The notes: generated by a model from the sequence alone, not told the origin. A stretch of 63,443 nucleotides of DNA, filler included, from Catajapyx aquilonaris (GCA_000934665.2; 2 parts of 2 records of this genome joined end to end with filler, not necessarily neighbours in it), one strand, 5' to 3'; numbered from the whole stretch's first letter, positions 11,373 through 24,445 are shown. Translations and numbers: made by a program.

Positions 11373-12864
11373 AGAGCATTCACACGTGGCCACTGCAGTG
11401 CAGTGGCAAGGGTAGGGGCCTATGGGCTCGGAGTGTCTTGGAAGTTCCTCGACCGCGCGTTTGAGTGGCAGGCCCGAGCGTCTTTGCTCCTACAAGTGCT
11501 CAATGCCACACGTGCCACTAGGCAGCTGCTTTTCATCGGTGCATGCACACGGAGCCACAGCCACAGGCCATTGACGCCACAGATCCAGTCATATGTCCAC
11601 GGTTGTTCACCATGCCGAGAGGAAAGGGAAATTCGGGAAATTTACCACTGTGGATTGTGAAATTAGTTGAGGAAATTAATGTCGAAGGCTTTATATCTGA
11701 AGTCGAGGCCCGTCCCGGTATTTGGGGCGCATCAGTTGCCAAAAATACCGAAAAAACACTTTATTGTATTGCCTCATATCTTGGTACAAAATCCTTCATC
11801 CGAAATGCTTGGGACCGGCAATTTTTTGGATTTCGGAATAATTGTATTAATTTTTAGTAATTTTTATACGTGCATATACAGAGTGTTTCAGAGTCATGGG
11901 TCAAGAGCGCGTGAGGGGGTGGGGAAAAATCGTAGGTGGCGACAACTCCGGTCGGTTTTATAAAACAATTAGAAATACAGCAGTAATCGATTTATTTATT
12001 ATATCAGTATGGCGTGAAGTCACATCCTTTCCGTTCGAATTGAGTTGCGCGGACTGGCAGGTTGAACAGCTTTTTAGCCTTGTGGGTTACACTGAAAAAG
12101 GAGCTCTCATGCTACACCGGCAGGGTACTGAACACACTACTGTACAGTAGTACACTACTTTGTACAGTACCCTGCTGGTGTAGCATGAGAGCGCCTTTTT
12201 CAGTGCAACCCGCAAGGCTAAAAAGCCGTTCAACCTGCCAGTCCGCACAACTGAATTCGAACAGAAAGGATGTGACGTACTGCCGTAATAAATAAATCAA
12301 TTACTGCCGTATTTCTAATTGTTTTATCAAACCGACCGGGGTTGTCGCCACCTACTATTTCTCCCCACCCCCTGGTGCGCGCTTGACCCGTGACTCTGAA
12401 ACACCCTGTGGGCTACGTATATATCACAATTACATGGAATTTTCCATTTATGACGTGTCATGTCAGCTCTCAAAATAATTTTCGGATTTCGGAATTTCAG
12501 ATAAAGGATTCTCAACCGGTATAGTGTATGGTACAGTCCTTTCGGCGACCTTTGAGCATTAAACAATGAACATGGATTTTCCTGTTTTCCCTGCACTATT
12601 TTATCATTTTCAATAAAGGAGTAGCAATAGTGCATATTCTTCACTGGTTGCCATATTGAATTGACTGGCCCACCTGCTATGGCGAGCTTCTGCCCCACTG
12701 CAGCGACGGGCCAGAGCACTTGCCATGCCAGACGCGAGCGACTGCAGTGGGCAGTAAGTAGCTGTGGCACGCATCTGAAGTCGATCCATGTGAACCGGCC
12801 AGAGCGACTGCAGTGGTTAGTTGCAGTGGCGCGCGACTGAAGTGGCCACGTGTGAACAGGCGCT
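11373..12864 (+). mobile_element. PIF/Harbinger-like relic with a MADF-domain remnant and nested MITEs
   Basis: TIR core TTCACACGTGGCCACT at 11379-11394 and inverted at 12841-12856; EINVEGFISEVEARPGIW resembles a MADF N-terminus. Confidence 0.6.
11879..12408. mobile_element. Foldback MITE (Tc1/mariner-type ends), about 530-bp palindrome
   Basis: Two arms of about 265 bp reverse-complementary around 12140-12150; ends CAGAGTGTTTCAGAGTC / GACTCTGAAACACCCTG. Confidence 0.9.
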
Positions 12865-12889
12865 TACTCATAAGTAGTAATCAGCATTA

Positions 12890-13343
12890 ATCGAAGCAGG
12901 TTGGTAGAGTGGATAAGGCGTCCGACTGCTAATTGGGAGGTCCTGGGTTCGAGCCCCGGGGCCAGCGATCCTGACCATGGTTTTCTGTGGTTTCCCACGG
13001 TCCTCCCAGGAAAATTCTGGGGTCGCTTCCGTAAATAATAGGCCACAGCCATCCCCTTCCTTTCCTATCTTTGACCCATCCAGGCGGAGGTGCGGTGTCG
13101 TGGGTGGTTTCTGCCCCGCACCTAGGTCTTGAAACCTGACCCCCTGGGGGACTGCACACGACCCCCAAGATTAACACAACACACTTGCACCAGTGTCCCC
13201 TTCTCACAAATCCCTATCCTGATCCCTGCACTGGAGAGAAAAATGCGAAAGAAAAAAATCAATAAGAAAAAATGGTGGTAATCCACCCCCCTAAAAGGGC
13301 TTCGTTCCCTCCAATGGGGTAAAAACAACAACAACAACAAAAA
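12890..13343 (+). mobile_element. tRNA-derived SINE
   Basis: tRNA-like head GGTAGAGTGGATAAGGCG...GGGTTCGAGCCCC, (CAA)n tail, TSD AGTAATCAGCATTA; other copies at 24020-24445 (-) and 49195-49365 (-). Confidence 0.88.
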
Positions 13344-13559
13344 AGTAATCAGCATTAGCTATGATGTTGAAGATGTCTGCAACTGTTTCCCAGACACATT
13401 TTGTACATGACGCTCCACAGTAGAAAATTTGTTGAAGCACATGACCAGAAGTTACTGCAACCTCACAATTGACATTTCTTTCAGCTGTTTAATTGTCCCA
13501 GAGAGGTACTTTGAATATTAGAACATTCTTGAATTACTGTAGTTGGATGACTAAACTTT

Positions 13560-13885
13560 CACAGCAAGATGGAACAAATAATGTCTCAATGTTGGATAAG
13601 AGAATGAAATCTGCGACTTCTCTGAAAACAGGATATCCACTGTATTGTGGTCACCCAGATCTCCAGCCCTGATTGATCCCTTCAGCCTATTCTGATGGGG
13701 TTATCCAAATGGGAAACGGGTACGCCAACACCATAACAAACCTGAGCCATTTGAACTGAAGGAGAAAGCAGTAATTTCTTGTCATGCACTTCAGGAAATG
13801 TTTTCCAGGAGGGTTTGGCAGGTGAAGAGGGACCTGAATGTCTGAAGAAAATTGCACTGTTATATTTTGCAGCAATGTGTTGCAA
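13560..13885 (+). mobile_element. Tc1-like transposase 3' remnant
   Basis: WSPRSP(D)L motif followed by a degenerate WGY segment. Confidence 0.5.
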
Positions 13886-14081
13886 GTGGCCATAAAAATG
13901 TGGAGATTGGTGGTTATACCAGAGCTTTTGGTCTCAAGATATAAATCACAGATTTGTTTTCTTTACAAAACAGGGTGGCACATTGACCCTTATTATTGTG
14001 TAGGACTGTGGCTTTCATTATTAATTATGAATAGCTAGTAAACAACAAATACATTCCTGCCCCTTGGCTAATGAATATTAC

Positions 14082-14296
14082 CGTGATTGTTCCCAGGTAC
14101 CAACGTCAACTATGTGGTCGACCTTGTAGACACCATCTTCCCAGTAACCAGGTGAAGCTGCACCTCTGCTGCCTTCACTAGTGGGCGAGGTTGATGCCTT
14201 CGTGTTGGCAGCCTGTGTCAATGCAACTGCAGCATTTTGGTCAATCTTGTTCAGTAGGTTTTCAGCTCGGCCTGCCAGGTCTGTGAACCAGGACAT
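14082..14296 (-). CDS. GOLGA5: Golgin-84 (golgin subfamily A member 5), coding exon 1
   Basis: N-terminus MSWFTDLAGRAENLLNKIDQNAA is the characteristic golgin-84 start; phase-2 donor CG|gtaata at 14082/14081. Confidence 0.9.
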
Positions 14297-15373
14297 GGTC
14301 GTCCCCCTCTCACCTAGTCATCTACGTTTCTGGGTGCCTCTGAAAGCCACCAGCACTTTCGTTTTCTTAGTGTGACTGCCTGGCTTCTGTTGCTCTTTAT
14401 AATAACTCTACCGTCTGTAGTTAATATTGCAAGGCTTGCACTTGTTAACCAGCACAACACACACGACATTTATTGTCTCCTTCTCTGTGGGGCACTCCGC
14501 TTATGATGTCGGTCGGATGCTGCGAAGCCCCTGCCTTCCTCACATTTTCTTCGTGGAACAGTGCGATCACCTCTGCCTACCTCACGTCGAGTTGGACTAT
14601 ACCACAGATTGTAGTATACACTCAAGCTGAAGAAGCTACCTGCCAACTATCGCCATCTTGGTACAGGCAGCTATATGATCAGGGGAGGCCAAGGGAGTGA
14701 CGTGGGACATTCGAATGACTAGACCGACTAGACAACACTCGAGTTTTCCGGAGGGAATGATTTTTGTGTCACAGCATGCACGGTGGTCACATGCACGCTC
14801 GGCATTTTCCAAACATTCGAACAGTTCAAAAAAAAGAAGAAAACGGGGGGTGGGGTGGGGGGTGGGGGAATATGAGGGCTCCAATTTGGTGTGAGGTCAC
14901 GACTATTTACAGTTATCTCTACTTGTAATAATTCGGATTTGCACTCTTTTCCTTCCTGCTATTTACTCAGGAAAATCAAACTTTTTTTCATGAAAGGAGC
15001 CAATAATTTAGGGCGTAATATTTCACACTTCTAGGTTTAAATTCAAGTGTGAAATGCCTCATCGACTTCATAGCGCCGATCTGCCCTTATGACCAGACAG
15101 TTATGACCAGATATAGCAGAAAACTTAAAGCAATAAAATTAAAAGCAGAAAACCTAAAACAATAAAATTAAAAGCACGGCCCTTTTGGATTGACCCTATT
15201 TTAGAAACAATGCCTGCTACCAAAATATTGGAGCCCTCGTCTGTACCAGACTGGCACTCTCACATGCCCCAATACTCTGCAAGAAGAAGGAAATACAGTG
15301 TCATAATATTATGACAGAGTTGAGAAATAAAATTATGTTAATTCGTGATTAGTCTATATTTCTGATAGGTTAG

Positions 15374-15988
15374 TTAAATGGTCAGCAAGCTCACCTCCAG
15401 ATATGTTATTACTACCCAGGATGCCGTCCTTGTCTTCCTGGCAAGGTCCAGAGGTGTGCAACCATTCCTCTCTATTGCCAAATGGTCAGCACCTCCTTCC
15501 ACTAGAAGCTTCAGTAAGTCTAGGTGTCCATACTCTGCAGCACAATGGATCGGGCTATAGTCATTCAGCCCCATGGCGTTCACGGCAGCTCCTGCGTTCA
15601 ACAATAGCTGGACCACCGCAACGTGACCTGCTTTCGCCGCATAGTGAAGAGGATGGTCACGATCAATGTCTTTCGCATTGGCATCGGCCCCTCCATGTAT
15701 CAGGAGACCACATGTCATTGTCTGACCACTCCCTGCAGCAAGATGCAATGGGGTGTCTTGGGCAAGCCCATTCTGGTCCACTGGCCATCCTTCGTGGAGC
15801 AAGTAGGACACTACCTGATGATGGCCTCTCTCTGCTGCCTTATGCATGCCACCCCATCCGTTTGAGTCAATGAGGTAGATGAAGGGTCCTATTCCACCAA
15901 GGGTCTGGACTATTCTCTGCACTTGGTGCAAATGGCCAGACGAACATGCTGTAAGGAACTGGCTCCTCTGAGGAAATATTGGTGGCAT
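15374..15988 (-). CDS. Small ankyrin-repeat protein (204 aa, about 5 repeats, intronless CDS)
   Basis: Repeated TPLHLAA/HPLHYAA/SPIHCAA...GH..VV.LLL..GA..NA motifs; ATG to TAA uninterrupted. Confidence 0.88.
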   Translation of the reverse strand: MPPIFPQRSQFLTACSSGHLHQVQRIVQTLGGIGPFIYLIDSNGWGGMHKAAERGHHQVVSYLLHEGWPVDQNGLAQDTPLHLAAGSGQTMTCGLLIHGGADANAKDIDRDHPLHYAAKAGHVAVVQLLLNAGAAVNAMGLNDYSPIHCAAEYGHLDLLKLLVEGGADHLAIERNGCTPLDLARKTRTASWVVITYLEVSLLTI

Positions 15989-16535
15989 ATGAATCCTTCC
16001 TTATGAAACAATGAATTCTTTGCAGCTGCAGCATCATGATTAATTTGTACAGTTTTAATGTTACTAAATTGTTAAAATACTCACTCAGTTTTAAATATTT
16101 AATTTTAATAATTTTTAAAAGTACTGTACTAGGAACTAGGCCTAATATAACAGGGTATTTTCATTTTTAATCATACTAAATTTTGAAAGTACTGCAGTAG
16201 AACCCCGAATTTCCGTCACCCACGGGACTGAGACATGGTTAGAATACAAAAAAATTCGGATAATCCGAGGAGCAAAAAAAACTTTTTCAATTAAATGCAA
16301 CAAAAAACATGTCAAAAACATGAAACTGCATGGTGATTTCATAAGAAATAGTGACGAGCACAGTCTTATGTGTACAGAATCTACTGCATAGCCTACTGTA
16401 TATTTACAATTTAACTAAGACAAAAAACCAAAATACATATGTTAGTAGGCCTATTTGATAAGAAAACAGATTTATTGCTGGTGAAAAAAAAAACTGTTAA
16501 TAATTCAGGGGGACCCAAAAGTCTGGACAATTGGT

Positions 16536-16670
16536 GTACGTTGCTAAACTCAGCCGCTGCCGCAATGAAACAAAAGAGTAACAATAAAATAACAATATTA
16601 CGTATTGTTATTTTATTGTTACGATTTTGTTTCGCTGCGGCATGGGCAGCGGCTGAGTTTAGCATCGTAC
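16536..16670. mobile_element. Short palindromic MITE
   Basis: GTACGTTGCTAAACTCAGCCGCTGCC ... GGCAGCGGCTGAGTTTAGCATCGTAC. Confidence 0.8.
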
Positions 16671-16724
16671 TCATAGTTAATTGTATTGCATTGTTGGTTG
16701 GCAGTTGTGAACTAGGAACTATAG

Positions 16725-16725
16725 C

Positions 16726-16793
<68 letters not shown>

Positions 16794-16812
16794 GTCATCA
16801 TCGTCATCATCA
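16725..16812. repeat. (CAT)n microsatellite
   Basis: About 29 CAT/CGT units. Confidence 0.95.
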
Positions 16813-17206
16813 CGGCGTTTCCCAAACAGATATGGGGTTGCCAGCGGATATTGAGGAGGAGGTCCTCAATATCCTCATATGACCAAATACATATACAAAA
16901 AAAATGTCTGAAGCCTGGTCATGTACTCGCTCATATTCAATCTGTGGAAATACAGAAATTACTATATTATTGGCTAATAAGAACACCCCTTATTGTCCTC
17001 CAAAAACCTAACCTTTACTGACTGTCAACAACCTGCCAATTGGCACAATGGCAACCAATAATACAATAATTCAATTACCTATGCGTCCAGACTTTGGGTC
17101 ACCCTGTATTTTTCTGTTTTTCCTGTCCTTGGCTGTTATTAAGTCTCTCTACTTCTTTAGCCATCAAATGTCCATAGGTGTTGAAGTAGGATGATATGTT
17201 CTATAT

Positions 17207-18438
17207 CAGTGGTTTTCAAACTGGGGTACGCGTAGGCCTACACAATTTGGAGGGTACGCGAAAGATAATGCGCAATGGCGTCCAGTACTCCAGTGTACAT
17301 TTGTGGGAACCATAATATTCTGATTCCACCAGAAAGAACCAACTTCTGAAAAAAACACAAAAAAGGTCATCTTTTTGCTACTATTACAGTTGAATCCGGA
17401 TATAACGTTCAGACTTCAAGGGACCAAGGAAATCAGTCTCTTATAACCGAAAGTCTGTTACAGCCGAAGCTGTTATAACCGGATTCAACAGTATTATTTT
17501 AGGGAAGATTTATTATAATTATGCAGAGGCATTTTCTGACTGATGCCATTTTCATTCAGCACACACATTGAAACTCAAGAAGCAACATGGTAGTGTTAAC
17601 TCGAAAATGACAAAAAGTGAAGTTAAGTCCTTTTCCTAATATCTGGTTCAATTCTACCACTGCGCTTTGCAACGTTGTGAAGGTTATGAAAATAAACTCT
17701 GGCTGCACAGACTAATCTATCTGGCCTTAAAAATTTCGAGTCTCAGTGAATGAAACAGAGGGCTTCAAGACATCGCCGCCAATACAGCATTATTTTCATG
17801 TGCAAAACACGAAATTATCAAAGGAATTACGAAAGAATTATCAATAATTCCAGTTTTCGGAATGTTGAGTATGCTACAAGGTAGCAAATTTTCTTGCTTT
17901 CCAACACTCCAAGAATTTCAAAGCGGCAGTGGAGGCCCAGTTGAGGTCAGCTTTCAAAAGTCAACATATTGGATCACAAGAATCAACTGGTGCAATAGTT
18001 TTATAGATATTAATTTTCAGAGATGGACATGCCAATCATTTGCATCAGGACTTTGAGATTTCTTTACCCCTCCCGAACATGTCAGAGCAGAATCAGGAAA
18101 AGATCAATATTTCTACGAATGGAAGTTTTTGAAATAGCCCTTCTGAACTTTGGGCTGAAAAAATAGAAGCCTATCCGGGCCTGGCAACCAGTGATCTGCC
18201 TAATTGTGTGAAGCTTACAGTATTTTTTGCGTTGACGTCCATGAATACAAAGTACCATCATCGACTCTATATTGAGAAAGACCTTTTCGCCTTAAATATT
18301 GACGCCAGCACTTGTGAAAAAAAAAGAAACCAGACCCATAGCACTAACTAATAAGACAGTGCCCACAATTACAATTTTCAGGTAGCCTAACAGGTGGTAG
18401 TTGGGGGGTGGGGGTGGTANAAAGTTTGGGAACCACTG
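17207..18438 (+). mobile_element. Internally deleted hAT (Buster/Charlie-type) element with a nested pogo-type MITE (about 17388-17491)
   Basis: TIRs CAGTGGTTTTCAAACT / AGTTTGGGAACCACTG, perfect 8-bp TSD TTCTATAT; dimerisation-domain remnant FWAEKIEAYPGLA...MNTKYHHRLYIEKDL. Confidence 0.88.
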
Positions 18439-20050
18439 TTCTATATTATACTTGAGAGGGGGAACAAGGTCAGTGAACCCCGGTCAGATATATGCCAAGG
18501 AGAGTGACATTATTCAGAGGTCGGATAATATTGGGGGTTCTACTGTAATTACTAATTTTTAATCTAATTTATTCAATATTACCACGAGTAATATGGTGCT
18601 CGACAAATTCTGGCGTTCGAAAGACAACGTGAGGACACAGAAAAGGCGTTCAGGCTACACAATAAAGAGTGATTGCAAAATGCGTTGTACTGACCATGCG
18701 AACTGCTTGCAGCCGCCAGCACCGGTATCCAGGATTGAAGCGGATCCCCATGGGTATGGACATAGGTATGGACTTGTAGGCAAGCTTGTAGGTGGCTCAA
18801 TTTTACCCTGGTGCCTTGTCCTGGCCTTGTCGAAAAGAGAACGCCGACTCGTGCGCGGAGCAACGGCGCAGTGGGCAGGACTTCCTCAGTGGCGGGAAGC
18901 TGTTAACGGTTTTTTCACAGGAGGCGCGCGGGCTGGATTTTGAAGTTTGAAAGTGGTCATTTAAAGGACAATTAGGGGGCACGCATCTTCCGAAAGGGGG
19001 TGAAAAATCGCGATGACCCCGAATGCTTAAAAACCACAAACCTGCTCTGGACGTCGGGTCGCGTCGTAAAGCAATCCGCCCAGAATGTGGAGACGGTGAG
19101 TTTGTCAGCCGCCTTGCAACTGAACAAGCTACTTGTATAATTATACAGGGTGATCCGAAATTTCGGACAGAAATAAAGTAATCTTTCTTACATGTTATTT
19201 TATAACAACATTTGTTTATTAAAATTTTAATTAGATATAAAGATTTTGAAAATTGTAGAAATTTTGACTCAAACTATGGCACACAAAGATAAGTATAAAC
19301 AAGATAAAGTACGGTACTGTACATTCACACCTCAGTTCTTATGTGTGGAAATCACAGTTTAGCCTACTGCATGAAAAACAATAACTTAGGTCTACCTGTT
19401 GAATTATCAAGATTTATGTGGAGACTCAGAAAAAAGAACCATAAACACCTGCCAATTTTATTTTAAAAATGATACCAACTTGAATGTTCGTGAAAATCAA
19501 TTTTCTTCTTCAAATAAAAAAATACAGAGTATAGCCTATATCAGAATCCAGAAAAACACTGTGACATCATAGAAGTTATATAATATTATATTAATAAAGA
19601 TTCTGTGGTACCATATACTGTACTTTTGCAAGAAAGTAGTCAATAATGCAAATGAAACGAAAATCACAATTTTATGTATCACATACATTCTCAAAGTTAC
19701 TTGTTTACGTTTTTCTAATATTTAAAATGCATTTCACATTTATATGCATCTATGCTGTTATAGCACTGGAGGCTAACAAATTGTACGTAAGTTAAGAACA
19801 GAAATAATCCAGCCATCCTGTGACTCTCTTCCACCACAACAACAATTTCATGAGCAGTTACAAGACAAGATAAATAAATCCACGTTACAAGTAGCAAAAG
19901 CACAGGAAGAGTAGCACTTGAATGAAACAGGTGGGAAGTAGTATGACGAAATAATTAACAGTGATACAATAGACCTCGTTGAGGGAATGTCTAAAGGAGA
20001 GACTTTTAATTAATGAGATTCAGTTACTAATTATGCACATTTCATTTCAG

Positions 20051-20230
20051 TTTTTCTCGTGGCTGTCTTTCCGTGGAAGCCGGCTGGTGAAAGTGAAAGC
20101 AAATACTGTACTTTCTGCACCAAAAATGGAGTATGTGGGGAACATTTTGAAGATAGATGCTTCTTGAGCATGCTGAATAACAGCCTTCAAGTGGGAGTGG
20201 TACCTACATTATTGCCTCCACCTTGTACAG
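20051..20230 (+). pseudogene. THAP zinc-finger domain remnant
   Basis: VCGEHFEDRCF...L...VVPTL resembles the THAP C-terminal CxxHF...AVPTI signature, behind an acceptor tttcag; the upstream W segment appears frameshifted and the N-terminal CxxxxC is not seen. Confidence 0.5.
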
Positions 20231-20615
20231 ACAACTCCCAGGAGATGATGATGATGATGCTGATTCCAGAATATATTGATCCTACCATTGACACCTTCCT
20301 TCTTCTTGTTTAGATGTCTTTGTTAATGCTGAAACAGATTTGTGCTGCTCACCCTGAAGCCTCTTACTCTGAAGTACAGTCGGTTAAATGATTTCCTTTC
20401 CACATGAGGCGGAGAAATTATTTTCAGGTACCATCATATTCTGGGAACAACTTGCACACCTTTCCTACATTTAAATGGGTTTTTAAAAGGCTACAACTTT
20501 GTACTTTCCTAACTATTGATTCATTTCCTATCCACTTAATAGGTCATTTTGTATGCAACTTGATTTTTTTTACCTGAAATGACAAAGTACTGCACATACA
20601 ACACAATGTATTGTA

Positions 20616-21153
20616 CAGGGTGATTCTCTCGAATGGAAACCCAAACATTCCTCAATAACATTTTAACTATGGTATGGTTCCCAATGAAAATTGACATATA
20701 CTTACCTTGTAACATGCCAAACAAGGTCTGACTAAAGAATATACCAAAAGTGGTCCCCTCCAGCATCCAAGAATTTTTAAATCCGAGTCTGCATATTGCT
20801 AAAGACTCCTGCAGGTTGAAGGCGGCGATCCCATCCATTCCCATCCGCCTGCCTGCTTGGCGAGAGAGCATCTCAAGGCAACGGGCCCGTTGCCTTGAGA
20901 TGAGATGCCCGCCCGCCAAGTAGGCGGACCGGCTAGGATGAGTGCAATCCCCGCCGGGAATCAGCAGGAGTCTTCGGCAATATGCAGAAAAAAAAATTTG
21001 GATGCTGGAGGGGACCACTTTTGGTATATTCTTTAGTCAGACCTTGTTTGGCATGATACATGGCAAGTATATATGTCGATTGTCATCGGGACCATACCAT
21101 AGTTAAAAAGTTATTGAGGAATGTTTGGGTTTCCATTCGAGAGAATCACCCTG
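20616..21153. mobile_element. MITE with long TIRs (about 165 bp) and TA TSD
   Basis: CAGGGTGATTCTCTCGAATGGAAACCCAAACATTCC and its exact inverse at the other end. Confidence 0.9.
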
Positions 21154-22503
21154 TAGATGCCATCTCTACATTGTAATATGACATTAATCATTACCCATGA
21201 TAAATAACTTAATATACCCGAGGCATTTCCTTTATTATGCATTGACCTAGTTATCATATGAAACAGTGGATTAAATAACTGTTGCAGAATTATGTTTCTC
21301 AGTCAGAAAAGGATTGGGTACACACAGATTTGAACAAGCTCTTAGACCTGAAGACTTTACTTTCACTACTGGTCTGCATGTCAACTTCAACAAATCTGCC
21401 ACAGTGTGACGCAAATCCTAAAGGCACACCTTACATTGCAGAATAGATGTTACATATCATGTGAACATCCTCATCCAAACATGAATAGCCTGTCACTACT
21501 CCCAAAAAATCAAAAGTAAATAAGATAAAGTAGCTTGAAATATGCTTTACAATAAGCACCATCACAGCTAATCAATTCTCCACGCCAATTACCTTATGCC
21601 ATTTACACCTAACTTAACATTCAATCAACCTTAGCTGAACCAGATCCATGTCTTTACACGCCTACCATATAACCTATCCTAACCTGATCTCCACCTAATC
21701 TTATTTGGCAGTGGACCCCTTGATGGTGTCTCCACTTTCCAGTGGTGGTGGTGATGGGGCGGGGCACTTGTGTTTCTCCAGTGACTCTGCGAGTAACATT
21801 GGTGGTAGATTCAGTTACGGACAGGGCGACAGGCCTTCCCAAGACAGACCTAGGTCTTTTTGGGTATGAGGCAGACAAAGTATCTTTATTGTGGTCTTTC
21901 AGATCTCCATGACATGATTGTGTAACCTTAACATGCCATTATCACCTTAGCGGAAAGGACTGAGATAATTTCATGTCAGAATATCTCAAGGAACCTCGGT
22001 CTGACAGGAACTTGCACCTTTGGCACTACCCTGTATACTGTAGGAAACTTTTCCATTTTAGTTTGTTTCAGTTGACTGTAGGTGAATCACAAACTTGAGA
22101 ATGCTCGACGCGAGGACAATTCTTTATGAACTGTTGATACAAAATAAAATTCAATTGGGGAGCATGGTGGTCTAGTGGGTATGCCACTGGCCAGCCAAAT
22201 GGGAGGTCTGGGGATCACATCCCATTCCCCGGCGCCTTTGCTTGGTGGGGTCTTCTTCCATTTTTCACCCAACGTGTACAGGCACACTTGCACTCTCTGC
22301 TCGTGGCCAGGAGAAAAGGCCAAACAGTGCTTGGGAACCTCCCCCTTCCCTCATGCCTGTGGACCAGGGCTTTGCAATGCAAAAAAGGATACACTGACTG
22401 TAAAACACAAAATAAACAAAGGGTTGTGCAATACCTAAAAGGAGGTCAACACCTCAGTTTTTGTTTATCTTATCTACATTGCAACAGGCAATATGTACTG
22501 ATG

Positions 22504-22672
22504 TCAAGGGGTTAGCAACTCCCTGGAACCGGTGTACACACTGGGCAAGGAACCAGATGGAACCGGTGTACACACTGGGCAAGGAACCGGCCTGGAATCG
22601 GCCTGGAACCTGGTGGAACCTCCCGGTTCCAGGATCTGGTGTACACTTTTTTGGGGAGTTGCTAACCCCTTG
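22504..22672. mobile_element. Small TIR element with internal direct repeats
   Basis: TCAAGGGGTTAGCAACTCCC / GGGAGTTGCTAACCCCTTGA; internal GGAACCGGTGTACACACTGGGCAAGGAACC twice. Confidence 0.7.
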
Positions 22673-22678
22673 ACTGAT

Positions 22679-22825
22679 GTACTATCAGTCCACCAAGAAT
22701 TGTCGTAGCGGCAGCGCACGAACTACAGTCTACGAGCACTTCTCCATTGACTTCTCCCCCCGGAAGTGCTCGTAACTGTAGTTCGTGTGCTGCCGCTGCG
22801 ACAATTCTTGGTGGACTGATAGTAC
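22679..22825. mobile_element. Short palindromic MITE
   Basis: GTACTATCAGTCCACCAAGAATTGTCG ... CGACAATTCTTGGTGGACTGATAGTAC. Confidence 0.85.
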
Positions 22826-23612
22826 AGTACAAACAGGCACAGACATAGGCTGAATTAATTATGAAATACATCCCCATTTCTCTAATTGCTTTTTTCCAGC
22901 TGCCTCTGTCACTTCCTGGAACACAAACGAAATTAGGAAACAAGCTCGAATATCTGGTAACAATGCAGAGTGCTCAATATGGACAGTCAGCTTATTGCTG
23001 CTTATCCTTAAAATAATTTTCTGGAGTCAACAATTAACTTGGACTGTGGATTTGGGGTCCTGTAACAAAAATGCTTGTGTGCCAAAAACTACAACCTCCC
23101 ACAAACTGGCGTCAAATGCAACATCTGGCAATAAATTATTGCATCGATCCTTCGTCCCACAATCTCATCAAAAAGGGTAATGAACTATGCATTTGTTTTG
23201 TATTGCCTTAGTTAAATCCAGTTAAATTGTAAATACAGTACAGTCATGTGTGTATGTAATAGGTAAATACTTCACTATTTCTTAGAAAACCATAATATTG
23301 TATATTATTTCGTGTTTTGATGTGTTTTTTGTTTTGTTTCATTCAAGTTACTTTTGGTCCTCAGATTATCCAACATTTTTTGTGTTCCGACCATGCCCCG
23401 GTCCCATGGGTGATGGATATAATCGGGGTTCTACTGTACTTGTCTCAGACATGCAGATGTAAGGCTCTGCGATTTTATTACCTCGTCAGTCTGCTCCAAA
23501 AAAATGGGGGGTTTGTTGGTATATTTTGTCTAAAAAGAGGAGAGGGACAGGCAAGAGAGCAGGTTTTTTCCCCCTTTTCTTTATACACAAACAACATATC
23601 GAGAACATTGAG

Positions 23613-23880
23613 GGCGACACGGTGGCCGAGTGGTTAGCGCCGCAGCCTTCCACCTCTAAGGTCCCGAGTTCGATCCCCGGGTCGGACGGAGGATACTTAT
23701 GTGGATAGAGTTTCAATGGATTCTCTCCGTGTTCGTGTGGGTTTTCTCGGGGTTCTCCCGTTTCCTCCCACTATCAAAATCCATCACATTACAGGCAAAT
23801 GATTAAAGTCGGTTATTCAAAATATGATCCCCTAAGAGGCCCAAGGGGCCTATCACGGGGTATCCATTATTATTATTATT
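23613..23880 (+). mobile_element. tRNA-derived SINE, young insertion
   Basis: A/B boxes TGGCCGAGTGG and GTTCGATCCCC, (TAT)n tail, perfect 19-bp TSD ACATATCGAGAACATTGAG. Confidence 0.9.
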
Positions 23881-24019
23881 ACATATCGAGAACATTGAGA
23901 GAGAATACGACCCTCCCACCTTGCTCTACAATTCTTAACTTTTTGACCTGTGATTTCAACCATTTTACCATTTCATGTTAGTATATTTTATTTTTATTTA
24001 TTTTTATTTTATTTATTTT

Positions 24020-24445
24020 ACCCCGTGATAGGCCTACATAGGCCCTGTTGGGGGGTGGTACACCACCATCGATTTTCTCGTTTTCTATTTTTCTTTCCTC
24101 CGGTGCAAGGGGACAGGATAGGGATAATGAGGGGGGGACACTGGTGCAGGTGCAGTGTCACAAGTTGGGGGTCATGTGCAGTCCCCCAGGGGGTCAGGTT
24201 GCAAGACAACCCCTAGGTGCGGGTCAAAAACTCCCCACAAACATCACACCTCCTCATGGACGGGACAAGGATAGGAAAGGAAGGAATCGCTGTGGCCTAT
24301 TGTTGAGGAAGCAACCCCGGAATTCTCCTGGGTGGACCGTGGGAAACCACAGAAAACCACGGTTAGGATTGCTGGCCCCGGGACTCGAACCCAGGACCTC
24401 TCGATTAGCAGTAGGACTCCATATCCACTCCACCACTACTGCTTC
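24020..24445 (-). mobile_element. tRNA-derived SINE (family of 12890-13343)
   Basis: Reverse-complement match including the tRNA head; T-rich tail at about 23985-24019. Confidence 0.85.

Noticed and set aside
12893..12965. tRNA gene (also heads at 7622, 23613, 27708, 54497)
   Set aside because: Each continues into a shared SINE body with a simple-repeat tail and a TSD
16439..16882. Poly-histidine protein ORF
   Set aside because: Made of a palindromic MITE plus a (CAT)n microsatellite
20536..21018. 160-aa ORF
   Set aside because: Lies within a non-autonomous MITE; no transposase motifs
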